A DNA stretch of 64,000 nt. Origin: Treponemataceae bacterium. Lineage in GTDB: Bacteria; Spirochaetota; Spirochaetia; Treponematales; Rectinemataceae. How positions within the stretch are numbered: position 1 is the stretch's first letter; the number at the start of each line of letters is the position of its first letter. The notes beneath the pieces are model-generated. The model did no database searches. It was given only the letters and a program-made list of their open reading frames with translations, and had not been told where the DNA came from. The stretch covers positions 1,984,001-2,048,000 of the forward strand of contig CAXXVZ010000003.1 in the NCBI GenBank assembly GCA_963678065.2, written 5' to 3'. Shown piece by piece: positions 18,905-28,373 of the stretch. The translations under genes and the position numbers were made by a program.

Positions 18905-21895
18905 ATGAACGGACTCCAGTCGATCCTGTCAGGATTTCTCGTCAGTTCCTCGCTCATCGTCACATTCAGCCTTTTCTACGCCCTCTACACGAAGGGGGCT
19001 CCAGCCGTGAAGCCCTTCGTCCTCATCTGCGGGACAGTCGCGATCTACCTCTTCGGTTACGCGATGGAACTGGCCAGCCCCACACTGGACGCGATGAAGG
19101 CCTGGAACATGGTCCAATACGTGGGTATCCCCTTCATTCCCGGATTCTGGCTCTGGTTCGCGCTCTCCTACAACGAGGTCCGCATCGTAACTCATGCCTG
19201 GTTCCGTCGTGCCATCTTCATCGTACCCGTCACAATCTTCCTGATGAGGATCACGAACGACTTCCACCATCTGTACTACAGCGAGATGGTTCTGAGGACG
19301 GACAGAGCCTTTCCCGTCATGGTTCTCGGGAAGGCCTTTTTCTACTACGTCTACATGGCCTTCGTCAGCGCATGCCTCGTCACTTCGAATCTGCTGTTCA
19401 TCCGGACAGCGAGAAGGCAAGGCAAACGGTGGAAAGCCGAAAGCCGCCTGCTTGTCACCGGTTCCAGTTTCCCATGGGTGGCCATGATCCTGAACGGGAT
19501 CAATTTCGGAAACCTGGGGCTCGATTACTCCGCCATGATCTATCCGGTCTCCTGCGTCATGATCCTCTTCATCGTATTCCAGGAGCATTTTCTCAAACTC
19601 AAGCCGAAGGCGAGGGACCTCGTGTTCGAAAACACCGACGACGCTCTCCTCGTGTTCGACATGAGAGGTAACCTCGCCGATTTCAATCCCGCGGCCTCGC
19701 GCATACTTCCCGGAATCCAGGCCCGCCTCGACGCCGGGCCGCAGGATTCGGCCGGAAGCGAGGAGGACACTCTCGCGATGCTCTCCGCTGTGACGCCAGG
19801 CGCTTCCTGCACCCAGTTTCCGATCCGGGCAGACGATGTCGAACATCATTACAATGTCAGCGCATCCTCCATCGTCGACGAATCCGGCCGACTCCTCGGC
19901 AAGGTCATCGCCCTCAACGACATAACACAGATCACGACGACCCTGCAGGCCCTCGCCGAAAAAGAGGAAAAGCTCAGGACAGTGACCGAAAGCATCAGCG
20001 AGGCGTTCTGGCTCAGATCGGCCGAGACCGGCAGGTTCCTGTATGTGAGCCCCGCCTACGAAAAGATCTGGGGAAGATCCGTGGCCGAACTCTATGATGA
20101 TCCGGGCATATTCCTGGGATCGACCTATTCCGACGACCGCGATCGCGTGACGGCCCGGTTCGAATCGGACAGGAGTTCGGAAATTTTCGACATCGAATTC
20201 CGGATCGTGCACGGAAATGGAGAAATCCGCTGGGTGTGGGTGCGCTCGTCGCCGGTCCGGGGCAAGGATGGGGCCGTCGCGCAGCACGCCGGGATCGGCG
20301 TCGACATCACGGAACGCAGAAGAATGGAAGAGAGGATACAGTCCGACGAAAAAACACTCGATGCCATAAACAGGGCGACTACGGAACTCCTCATCAACCG
20401 CAATCTGCCGCTCGCCATATCCGGAGGACTCGCTCTGGTCGGTGAAGCGACAGGCGCGGACAGGGTCCAGCTGTTCGAAAACAACTGGCGCGGGAATCCG
20501 GAACACTCGGTGACATCGCTCAATTCCGAATGGAATTCCGGCCGCTTTTCCGCACAGATCGGCAGCCCTCTCATGCAGAACCTTCCGATGGATCTCATCG
20601 GTCCCATGATCGACGAGCTCTCCGAGGGCAGAGTTTTCAAAGGTCTCGTGAGCGGGATGCCGGAGGGAACGCTGCGGTCGATCCTGAGAGAGCAGAGCAT
20701 CCAGTCGGTTCTCCGTCTTCCCATATTCGCGAACAACAGCCTCTGGGGCTTCATCGGTTTCGACGAATGCAAGTATCCCAGAATATGGACGGACGCGGAC
20801 GTCTCCCTCCTCTCGACTTTCGCGAGCTCCATCGCCAAGGCCGTAGAGCGGAGTATCTACGAGAAAAAAATCGAGTTCATGAGCTTCCACGACAGCCTCA
20901 CCGGGCTGTTCAACCGGGCCTACTTCGACCTCGCGCTCGCGAATCCCGACATCGTCGACGCATTGCCCCTCACCATCGTCATGGCCGACGTGAACGGCCT
21001 CAAATTGACGAATGACGCGTTCGGCCACGCCTCGGGCGACAGCCTCCTCTGCAGGGCGGCGACTGTCATGAGCCTGGAATGCAGGTCTTCGGACACCATC
21101 GCGCGCACAGGCGGCGACGAGTTCGTCATCCTTCTGCCGAAAACCAATTCCCGTGAGGCGGCGATGATAGTCGGCAGGATACGCGCTCGGGCCGAGGGTT
21201 TCAGGACCGAGACGGGAATGCTGTCGATTTCCTTCGGCTGGGAGACGCGCGCGGAGTCTTCGCAGAGTCCTGATGAGATTCTGAAGGCCGCCGAAGACGC
21301 GATGTACCGACAGAAGCTGTCGGAGAGCCTGTCGATGCGCCACAGCACGATCTCCATGATAATGAAGACTCTGTACGCGAAGAACGAGCGCGAACAGCGG
21401 CATTCAGAGCGGGTCGCGGAGCTCTGCGAAAGACTCGGCGCGGCCCTCCGCATGGATCAGGAAAAAGTCAGGGAGCTCCGCACGGCGGGGCTCATGCACG
21501 ATATCGGCAAGATAGGAGTGGCGGATTCCATCCTGGCGAAAAAAGAGGCCCCGGACGAAGCGGAATGGACACAGCTCAGGAGGCACCCGGAAATCGGCTA
21601 CCGCATCCTCAGTCTCGTCAACGAATACTCTCAAATCGCCTCGTGGGTGCTCGCCCACCACGAACGATGGGATGGAAGGGGATATCCGAACGGGACAGCC
21701 GGATCGGAGATTCCGCTCCAGGCCCGAATCGTGGCCATCGCGGACGCCTGGGATGCCATGATCTACGACAGGCCCTACCAGGCAGCGCTTCCGCGCGAGC
21801 GGGCACTCGAGGAGATGATCCGGGGGGCGGGAGGCCAGTTCGATCCGGAACTGCTGAAAGTCTTTCTCTCCCTGATGAAGGGCGGACAAGACTGA
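18905..21895 (+). CDS. Membrane c-di-GMP enzyme: HisKA_7TM-like, 2xPAS, GAF, GGDEF and HD-GYP domains
   Basis: 7 TM segments with TNDFHHLYY; YVSPAYEKIWG PAS; WGFIGFDEC GAF; GGDEF; HDIGK and HHERWDGRGYP. Confidence 0.92.
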   Translation: MNGLQSILSGFLVSSSLIVTFSLFYALYTKGAPAVKPFVLICGTVAIYLFGYAMELASPTLDAMKAWNMVQYVGIPFIPGFWLWFALSYNEVRIVTHAWFRRAIFIVPVTIFLMRITNDFHHLYYSEMVLRTDRAFPVMVLGKAFFYYVYMAFVSACLVTSNLLFIRTARRQGKRWKAESRLLVTGSSFPWVAMILNGINFGNLGLDYSAMIYPVSCVMILFIVFQEHFLKLKPKARDLVFENTDDALLVFDMRGNLADFNPAASRILPGIQARLDAGPQDSAGSEEDTLAMLSAVTPGASCTQFPIRADDVEHHYNVSASSIVDESGRLLGKVIALNDITQITTTLQALAEKEEKLRTVTESISEAFWLRSAETGRFLYVSPAYEKIWGRSVAELYDDPGIFLGSTYSDDRDRVTARFESDRSSEIFDIEFRIVHGNGEIRWVWVRSSPVRGKDGAVAQHAGIGVDITERRRMEERIQSDEKTLDAINRATTELLINRNLPLAISGGLALVGEATGADRVQLFENNWRGNPEHSVTSLNSEWNSGRFSAQIGSPLMQNLPMDLIGPMIDELSEGRVFKGLVSGMPEGTLRSILREQSIQSVLRLPIFANNSLWGFIGFDECKYPRIWTDADVSLLSTFASSIAKAVERSIYEKKIEFMSFHDSLTGLFNRAYFDLALANPDIVDALPLTIVMADVNGLKLTNDAFGHASGDSLLCRAATVMSLECRSSDTIARTGGDEFVILLPKTNSREAAMIVGRIRARAEGFRTETGMLSISFGWETRAESSQSPDEILKAAEDAMYRQKLSESLSMRHSTISMIMKTLYAKNEREQRHSERVAELCERLGAALRMDQEKVRELRTAGLMHDIGKIGVADSILAKKEAPDEAEWTQLRRHPEIGYRILSLVNEYSQIASWVLAHHERWDGRGYPNGTAGSEIPLQARIVAIADAWDAMIYDRPYQAALPRERALEEMIRGAGGQFDPELLKVFLSLMKGGQD

Positions 21896-21918
21896 AACCT
21901 GGGCCGCGCGGCTTCTAC

Positions 21919-21954
21919 TTCCCTGCCCCGGACTGTTTCCCTGTCCCGGACTGT
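21919..21954. repeat. 18-bp tandem repeat TTCCCTG(C/T)CCCGGACTGT x2
   Basis: Seen directly in the intergenic region. Confidence 0.75.
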
Positions 21955-21960
21955 TTTGGC

Positions 21961-21995
21961 AAAAAAAGGCCGGGGTGGAATTGCTCCCCCCGGCC
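21961..21995 (-). terminator. Rho-independent terminator of the opp operon
   Basis: GGCCGGGG/CCCCGGCC stem followed by T7 on the minus strand. Confidence 0.75.
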
Positions 21996-22031
21996 TGCCG
22001 GACGTAAGTCGGCTTTCGCTCGCGCGTTCAG

Positions 22032-23543
22032 CTATTCTAAGATCCAGGCGAACTTGAACTCTTCGGGATTGGCGACGTTCGGAGAGAAATCCTTGACCTT
22101 CGAGTTGATGAAGGCGTAGGTCTCCGGCGAGGCGAAGAAGAGGTTGGCCGCGTCGGAATACAGGATGTCCTGGGCCTTGTCGTAGAGTTCAGAGCGCTTC
22201 GCCGCGTCGAGAGTCACCTTGGCCTTCTCGACGAGCTTGTCGAATTCCTTGTTCGAGTAGCCCCAGACGTTCGCGCTGCCGCTCGTGTGGAAGAAGAAGT
22301 AGAGGGAGCGGTCGGGGTCGATGCCCGCGCCGTTCTTTCCGGCCATGATGGTGTGGCCCTTCTTCCTCCAGGCGTCGACGTACTGTCCGATCTCGAGCTG
22401 CTTGATGGTCGTCCGGATTCCGGCCTCGACCAGCTGCTGCTGGAGGACCTGGGCGACGGCGACGACATCGGGATAGGAGCTCGGGACGGTCATCTCGACA
22501 TCGAGTCCGTTCGGGAATCCGGCTTCTGCGAGGAGCGCCTTGGCCTTGGCGAGGTCGCGCTTGAACCAGGGATTCTTGGAGACGTCGATGGCCCACTGGG
22601 GCAAGGTCGGCGACACGGCTCCTGAGAGCATAGCCTCGCCCTTGAGGGCGCGCTTGATGATGTCGTCGCGGTCGGCCGCGAGGGAGAAGGCCCTGCGGAC
22701 GCGCACGTCGTCGAAGGGTTTTTTCTCGAAGTTGAAGCCGAGGTAGTAGTAGTCGCGGGTCTGGTAGGACTTGACCTCGATGTTCTTGTTGTTGCGCACG
22801 AGGGCGGCGTTCTGGGGCCCGAGCGTGGTGTAGTGGACCGATCCGGTGCGGATGGCGGCGAGGCGGGCCGCCTCGTCGGGGATGATCGCGAACTTGAGTC
22901 CGTCGAGCTTGGGAATGCCGGGCATCCAGTACTTGTCGTGCTTCACGAGGGTGACGTGGTTGTCGGGCACGAATTCGGACATCTTGAAGGGTCCGGTTCC
23001 GCAGACGGCGGCGGAGAGGCTGCCGTTGTTGGCGTCGAGGAATTCTTTGGGGATGATCGAGGTGTAGATCGCCGTGAAGTTCGTGAGGAAGGGGGCGAGG
23101 GGTTCCTTCAGCTTGAACTCGACCCGGTACTTGTCGAGGACATTGATGGCCGTGACGAGGGTGAAGTTCGATCTGGCGATGCAGCCGGCGTTCGGATCGA
23201 GGATGCGCTCGAAGGTGTTCTTGACATCCTGGGCGACCATCTCGCGGCCGTTGTGGAAATACACGCCCTTGCGCAGAGTGAAGACGTAGGTCGTGTCGTC
23301 GGGATTGGTCCAAGACTCGGCGAGTTTTCCGACGAGCTTGCCCGAGGCGTCGAAGTCCATGAGGGGCTCGTAGAGCCTGTTCATGATGCGGACCGAACTG
23401 AACGCGGTGTTCTTGTGCGGGTCGAATCCCGCCGGATTCGCGTCCGCGCCGATGATGAGAACCTGCTTGTCGGCTGCCTTCTGGGCGAAGCACATGCCGG
23501 CCGCAAGGACCACAAGGAGCAATACTGTCAGTGCTCTTTTCAT
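22032..23543 (-). CDS. OppA/DppA-family substrate-binding protein
   Basis: Signal peptide; LAESW, FTLRKGVYFHNG, GTGPF and PFDDVRVRRA motifs. Confidence 0.93.
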   Translation of the reverse strand: MKRALTVLLLVVLAAGMCFAQKAADKQVLIIGADANPAGFDPHKNTAFSSVRIMNRLYEPLMDFDASGKLVGKLAESWTNPDDTTYVFTLRKGVYFHNGREMVAQDVKNTFERILDPNAGCIARSNFTLVTAINVLDKYRVEFKLKEPLAPFLTNFTAIYTSIIPKEFLDANNGSLSAAVCGTGPFKMSEFVPDNHVTLVKHDKYWMPGIPKLDGLKFAIIPDEAARLAAIRTGSVHYTTLGPQNAALVRNNKNIEVKSYQTRDYYYLGFNFEKKPFDDVRVRRAFSLAADRDDIIKRALKGEAMLSGAVSPTLPQWAIDVSKNPWFKRDLAKAKALLAEAGFPNGLDVEMTVPSSYPDVVAVAQVLQQQLVEAGIRTTIKQLEIGQYVDAWRKKGHTIMAGKNGAGIDPDRSLYFFFHTSGSANVWGYSNKEFDKLVEKAKVTLDAAKRSELYDKAQDILYSDAANLFFASPETYAFINSKVKDFSPNVANPEEFKFAWILE

Positions 23544-23628
23544 CCTCTCCTCCTCAAACCCTGGTACTTTCCGTCCGATGGACGGTGTTTTCATATCCTC
23601 GAGGCATGCCACGATGGCCTGCCGGGAC

Positions 23629-24873
23629 TCACGAAGCGTGGATGATTTCGCAGACCTCCCGGAAAAAGTCATTGATCCGGCGCGGCTCCGGGATGTGGAG
23701 CCTGTTGCTCAGGATCGCGATGACGATACCTTCGTCCCTGTTCAGATAGAGGCAGGTTCCGGTAAAGCCGGTGTGGCCGAACCCGCCTCTAGGATATGTC
23801 TCCCCGAACTGGAATCCCAGCCCCCTGCCCGAGCCCCTGTCGCGGCAGGCGAGCTCGACGAGGGCAGGGTCGAGGAAGGCTTCGCCCGCTCCGCCGCCGG
23901 GTCTGCCTCCGTCGAGATAGAGCCTTCCGAGGGCGCAGAGGTCGCGGGTGTCGGAAAAAATGCCCGCGTGTCCGGCTGCGCCGCCGAAGTAGTAGTGGCA
24001 GTTGCCGTCGTCGGCTTCGCCCCGGATGGCTCTCTCTTTCGTCCGCCACCCGCCGAAGGACGCGCCGATCGCCGCAACCATCCCCTCCTCTATCCTGTTG
24101 CCGAATTCCGTCGCGACGACAGGTCCTCCGCGGAGCCCCCTCGCGGCAGGATCGACGGGCCCATACCCCGTCGCCGCGAGGCCCAGAGGATCGAGGACTA
24201 ACTCCCGCATGGCCTGTCTCAGTCCGCCTTCCCCCCCGTGGCAGAAGGCGACCAATCTCCCGAGAATCATGAAATTGAGGTCGGAATACACGGTTCCCGG
24301 AACGAGAGGATGGAGAGACAGGATCGTACCGATGATCTTTGCAAAGGAAAGACCCGTTTCAGTGTAAAAAGGATGCCAGTAATGGAGCCCCGAAGAGTGG
24401 TCGAGGAGGGAGGCGACGTCGATACCCGCAAGAATCCGTGTCGCATGCCGCGCAGGCTCTGCATCTTCCGCCTTTGTGCCCTTCGTTTTTCCACCGCCTG
24501 TGGCACCACTCGCGGCACCACTCGCGGCGCGCTCCACACGCGCGCCGAATGCGGCGCCGACTTCGCACGCGGTGCCCTCGGGTCGGCCCAGGCTTTCGAG
24601 AAATCCCGGAATCTCTCCGAGCCGCGTGGAAAGCGAGAATCGCCCGAGGCTCGCGAGCCTCAGTATGGCCGTCGTCGTGAAGAGCTTCGTCACGGAGGCC
24701 ATGTCGAAGAGCGCGCCCTCCTCCATGGGAAGGCTGCAATCACCGTCGAGAAGGGCATGTCCCCATGCATGGTCCACGGCAAGTCCGCCTGCGCGTTCGA
24801 CCCGGATTTCGGCGCCCCGGAACCAGGATTCCGCGATGCGGGCGCGCACGAGTCCATCGAGGGCGCCCATCAT
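23629..24873 (-). CDS. Serine hydrolase, beta-lactamase class C/AmiE/EstB family
   Basis: FDMASVTK (SxxK), YSDLN, AGHAGIFS and FGHTGFTG motifs. Confidence 0.9.
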   Translation of the reverse strand: MMGALDGLVRARIAESWFRGAEIRVERAGGLAVDHAWGHALLDGDCSLPMEEGALFDMASVTKLFTTTAILRLASLGRFSLSTRLGEIPGFLESLGRPEGTACEVGAAFGARVERAASGAASGATGGGKTKGTKAEDAEPARHATRILAGIDVASLLDHSSGLHYWHPFYTETGLSFAKIIGTILSLHPLVPGTVYSDLNFMILGRLVAFCHGGEGGLRQAMRELVLDPLGLAATGYGPVDPAARGLRGGPVVATEFGNRIEEGMVAAIGASFGGWRTKERAIRGEADDGNCHYYFGGAAGHAGIFSDTRDLCALGRLYLDGGRPGGGAGEAFLDPALVELACRDRGSGRGLGFQFGETYPRGGFGHTGFTGTCLYLNRDEGIVIAILSNRLHIPEPRRINDFFREVCEIIHAS

Positions 24874-25448
24874 GCGCTCTCCTTCCCGCGCGGTTTCACC
24901 ATGAGGACCTCGTCGATGCCCTCGCGCACGAAATCCGGCAGGACACCGCGCCTCCGGTAGCCTCGCCCTTCATAAAACGCGATAGCCCCTTCGTTGAAAC
25001 CGGAGACGAGGAGGCAGAAATCGCGCCCCGAAGCCTGGGTCCTCGCCTCGAATTCGGCCAGAAGCAGAGAGCCGAGACCGGAACCGCGCAGCCCCCGCTC
25101 CACGGCGATCAATCTTAGATAGGGCGCGATGCAGAAGGCTCCTCTCGCCTCGGTCCAGGCAAATCCGGCTATCCTGCCGTCGAGCTCGGCCACAAAGAGG
25201 CTCGTCGCGCCTGCCATCGAGCCGGCCGTCGTCGCAATCGCCGAGCCCACTGTCGTGCCGGCCACCGCGTCCATCGTCGCACCAGCCATCGAGCCGGCCG
25301 TCGCGGCGCCCGCCAGAATGGCCGCCTCGAGCGATGCCTTCACCCCCTCGGGCTTCATCCCGTAGCGCCTTCCTATTTCGGAGTCGCAGACAATCGCGGC
25401 ACAGATGCCTGAGTCCGCGATCGTCATATCCCGCAATCGTGCGTCCAT
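24870..25448 (-). CDS. GNAT-family N-acetyltransferase with an internal repeat insertion
   Basis: LRGSGLGS acetyl-CoA motif; NEGAIAFYEGRGY. Confidence 0.85.
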   Translation of the reverse strand: MDARLRDMTIADSGICAAIVCDSEIGRRYGMKPEGVKASLEAAILAGAATAGSMAGATMDAVAGTTVGSAIATTAGSMAGATSLFVAELDGRIAGFAWTEARGAFCIAPYLRLIAVERGLRGSGLGSLLLAEFEARTQASGRDFCLLVSGFNEGAIAFYEGRGYRRRGVLPDFVREGIDEVLMVKPRGKESA

Positions 25449-25499
25449 TCCCGTTCCCCTCCGTCCTGACGAACCCATACCGTTCCACGCACCCCGGCC

Positions 25500-26480
25500 T
25501 CAGGCCAGGTGACAGGCCGCCCGGTGTCCGGCCGAAAGATCGCGCAGTGCCGGAACCTCGGTCCTGCACCGCTCTACCGCGTATCGACAGCGCGGGTGGA
25601 AATGACATCCCTCAGGCGGGTGCACCGGATTCGGCACATCACCTTCCAGAATGATCCTCGCCTTGTTCTTCCCTCTCTTGATGGAAGGCACGGCGGAGAG
25701 CAGCGCCTGGGTGTAGGGATGCAGCGGCTTCGCGAAGAGCTCGGCTGTGTCGGCGATCTCGACGATCTTTCCGAGATACATGACTCCGATGCGGTCGCTG
25801 ATGTGCCTGACGACATTCATGTCGTGCGAGATGAAGATGTAAGTCAGTTCGAGTTCGGACTGCAGCTTCAGGAGCAGGTTGATGATCTGGGACTGGATCG
25901 AGACATCCAGGGCGCTGACCGGCTCGTCGGCGACGACGAGGCTCGGACTGCACATGAGTGCGCGCGCGATGGCCACCCTCTGGCGCTGGCCGCCCGAAAA
26001 CTGGTGCGGATAGCGTTCGCCGTATTCGGGCGCGAGCCCGACCCGCTCCAGCATGAACCGCACCGCTTCCCTCACCTCGCCCGATGCCATGCTGGTGTGG
26101 GTTTCGAGAGGTTCGGCCAGAAGCTTCCTGATCTTCATGCGCGGGTTGAGCGAGCCGTAGGGGTTCTGGAAGATCATCTGCATGTCCTTCCGCGCCACCC
26201 TGAGTTCCTCGGCCTTCAAGGCCGCGAGATCGGTCCCCCCGAAGAGCACGCTTCCGCCCGTAGGATCGAGAAGACGCAGGAGAGTCCTCCCCGTCGTCGA
26301 CTTGCCGCAGCCCGACTCCCCCACGAGCGCGAAAGTCTGAGTGCGCCCGACCGTGAAACTGACATCCTCCACGGCCTTCACATGCCCCACGGTCCTGTTG
26401 AGGACTCCTCCCCGGATCGGGAAATACTTCTTCAGGTTCCTCACATCGAGCAGCACGCTTTCCTTCGAATCGCCCATCAC
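25500..26480 (-). CDS. Oligopeptide ABC ATP-binding protein (OppF/DppF)
   Basis: GESGCGKS, FSGGQRQR, HPYT and GCHFHPRC motifs. Confidence 0.94.
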   Translation of the reverse strand: MMGDSKESVLLDVRNLKKYFPIRGGVLNRTVGHVKAVEDVSFTVGRTQTFALVGESGCGKSTTGRTLLRLLDPTGGSVLFGGTDLAALKAEELRVARKDMQMIFQNPYGSLNPRMKIRKLLAEPLETHTSMASGEVREAVRFMLERVGLAPEYGERYPHQFSGGQRQRVAIARALMCSPSLVVADEPVSALDVSIQSQIINLLLKLQSELELTYIFISHDMNVVRHISDRIGVMYLGKIVEIADTAELFAKPLHPYTQALLSAVPSIKRGKNKARIILEGDVPNPVHPPEGCHFHPRCRYAVERCRTEVPALRDLSAGHRAACHLA

Positions 26481-27535
26481 GCACCCTCCCCGCGGAGCCA
26501 GCAGCGGCAGGAGCGTCCGTCTTCCTCAGTGAGCAGGGGCGGAACCTTCTGCGCGCAGATAGGCATACGCTTTTCGCATCTCTCGCGGAAGCGGCAGCCA
26601 TCGCCGAATTTCCCGGCGGAAGGCACCGTCCCGGGAATCGAGTAGAGTGTTTCCCTGCCCTCGCCCAGGGTCGTGATCGAGCGGCACAGGCCCTCCGTGT
26701 AGGGATGGCGCGGCGACGAAAACAGCTCGTCGACCCCGGCCAGTTCGACGATGTGCCCGCCGTAGAACACGGCCACACGCTCGCAGGTCTCGGCCACGAC
26801 GCCGAGATCGTGGGTTATCATGATCATCGCCATGTCTTCATGTCGCACGAGTTCGTTCATGAGGTCGAGGATCTGCGCCTGGATCGTCACGTCGAGGGCC
26901 GTCGTCGGCTCGTCCGCGATGAGAAGTTTCGGCCTGTTGATCATGGCCATCGCGATGACGACGCGCTGCAGCATGCCGCCCGAGAGTCTGTGCGGATATT
27001 CCTGCGCGATCCGCTCCGGCCGGGGGATTCCAACCTTGCGGAGCATGTCGACGCTTCGTCCGGCCGCTTCCGCGGGCGAGGCCGCCGAATGGAATTCGAG
27101 AGCCTCCGCAATCTGCGAGCCGATCGTGAAGAGGGGATCGAGGGCCGTCATCGGCTCCTGGAAGATCATGCCGATATCTCTGCCCCTGACCTGCCGCATC
27201 TCGCGGGGGGAGAGCTCCAGAAGATTCCGTCCTTCGAAAAGAACCGCGCCGGAGGCGACATGCAGGGGAGGCGTGGACAGAAGCCCCGCCACCGAATAGG
27301 CGGTCACGCTCTTGCCGCAGCCCGATTCGCCCACGATCCCGAAGACCTCGCCGGGCGCAATGGAGAGGTTTATGTCCTCGACGAGGACGAAGGAGCCAGT
27401 CCTCGTGCGGAGTTCGATGGAGAGGTCGCGGATTTCAAGGAGCGGTCCGGCCTTGGACACAGCAGCCGACGCGCCTTCCTTCGCAGCCATGGCTCCCGTC
27501 TGTTTCGGTCTCGTCGTCATTCTCGCTTCCTTCAT
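26477..27535 (-). CDS. Oligopeptide ABC ATP-binding protein (OppD/DppD)
   Basis: GESGCGKS, IFQEPMTAL, LSGGMLQR and DEPTTALD motifs. Confidence 0.94.
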   Translation of the reverse strand: MKEARMTTRPKQTGAMAAKEGASAAVSKAGPLLEIRDLSIELRTRTGSFVLVEDINLSIAPGEVFGIVGESGCGKSVTAYSVAGLLSTPPLHVASGAVLFEGRNLLELSPREMRQVRGRDIGMIFQEPMTALDPLFTIGSQIAEALEFHSAASPAEAAGRSVDMLRKVGIPRPERIAQEYPHRLSGGMLQRVVIAMAMINRPKLLIADEPTTALDVTIQAQILDLMNELVRHEDMAMIMITHDLGVVAETCERVAVFYGGHIVELAGVDELFSSPRHPYTEGLCRSITTLGEGRETLYSIPGTVPSAGKFGDGCRFRERCEKRMPICAQKVPPLLTEEDGRSCRCWLRGEGA

Positions 27536-28365
27536 TCGACGTTCTTGAGTTTCGGATCGAGTATATCCCGCACACTGTCTCCGAGAATGTTGAAGGAGAG
27601 GATGGCGAGCACAATGGCGACCGCGGGCGCGATCGCCGTCCAGGGCGCGAGCTCCATGATCTTCCTGCTCTCGCTCAGCATGGAGCCCCAGGAAGGGTTG
27701 GGAGGCTGGATGCCCAGACCCAGGAAACTCATCGAAGCTTCGACGAGGATGGCGCTCGACAGGGACAGCGTCGTCTGGACGATGAAGGGCGAGAGGACGT
27801 TCGGCAGGATGTGCCTGAATATGATGCCGGAGTTGCGCACGCCGATGGAGCGCACGCTCGCGATGTATTCCTGGGATTTGACCGAAAGGACCTCGGAGCG
27901 GATCGTGCGCGTGAAGACCGGTATCCTCACGATGCCGATGGCGATGATGGTGTTCCGCAAATCGGGTCCCAGCACCGCCACGATCGCGAGGGCGAGGAGG
28001 ATGGCGGGGAAGGCGAAGAGGATATCCATGATCCGCATGAGGAGGTTGTCGATCCATCCCTCGTAGTATCCGGCGACCAGGCCGAGGAGCATGCCGCAGG
28101 CGGCGCCGATTCCCGTCGCGAGAAGGCCGACATAGAGAGAGACCCTCGCGCCGTAGATCAGGCGGGAGAACACATCCCGGCCGAACTCGTCGGTGCCGAG
28201 GTAGAATCCGTTCCCCGGGGCCGTCTGGAGGCTGTCGGACATGGCTACCGGATCGTGGTTGGCGATGACCGGGGCGAATATCGCGATGAGGATGACCATG
28301 AGGACTCCGAAGAGCCCCACCCGCCCTATCTTGTCCCGCATCAGTTCCGCAAAGATTTTTTTCAT
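27532..28365 (-). CDS. Oligopeptide ABC permease (OppC/DppC)
   Basis: LGTDEFGRDVFSR, RHILPN and PSWGSML motifs. Confidence 0.94.
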   Translation of the reverse strand: MKKIFAELMRDKIGRVGLFGVLMVILIAIFAPVIANHDPVAMSDSLQTAPGNGFYLGTDEFGRDVFSRLIYGARVSLYVGLLATGIGAACGMLLGLVAGYYEGWIDNLLMRIMDILFAFPAILLALAIVAVLGPDLRNTIIAIGIVRIPVFTRTIRSEVLSVKSQEYIASVRSIGVRNSGIIFRHILPNVLSPFIVQTTLSLSSAILVEASMSFLGLGIQPPNPSWGSMLSESRKIMELAPWTAIAPAVAIVLAILSFNILGDSVRDILDPKLKNVE

Positions 28366-28373
28366 GGCCTTCC

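Noticed and set aside
18929..21403. 824-aa ORF antisense to the GGDEF/HD-GYP gene
   Set aside because: Shadow frame; the sense gene has clear motifs
21919..21954. 18-bp repeat as a CRISPR or REP element
   Set aside because: Only two abutting copies, no spacers, no cas genes
23629..24873. Serine hydrolase as an antibiotic-resistance beta-lactamase
   Set aside because: No signal peptide, HTG rather than KTG motif, and a transport-operon context favouring a cytoplasmic amidase or esterase
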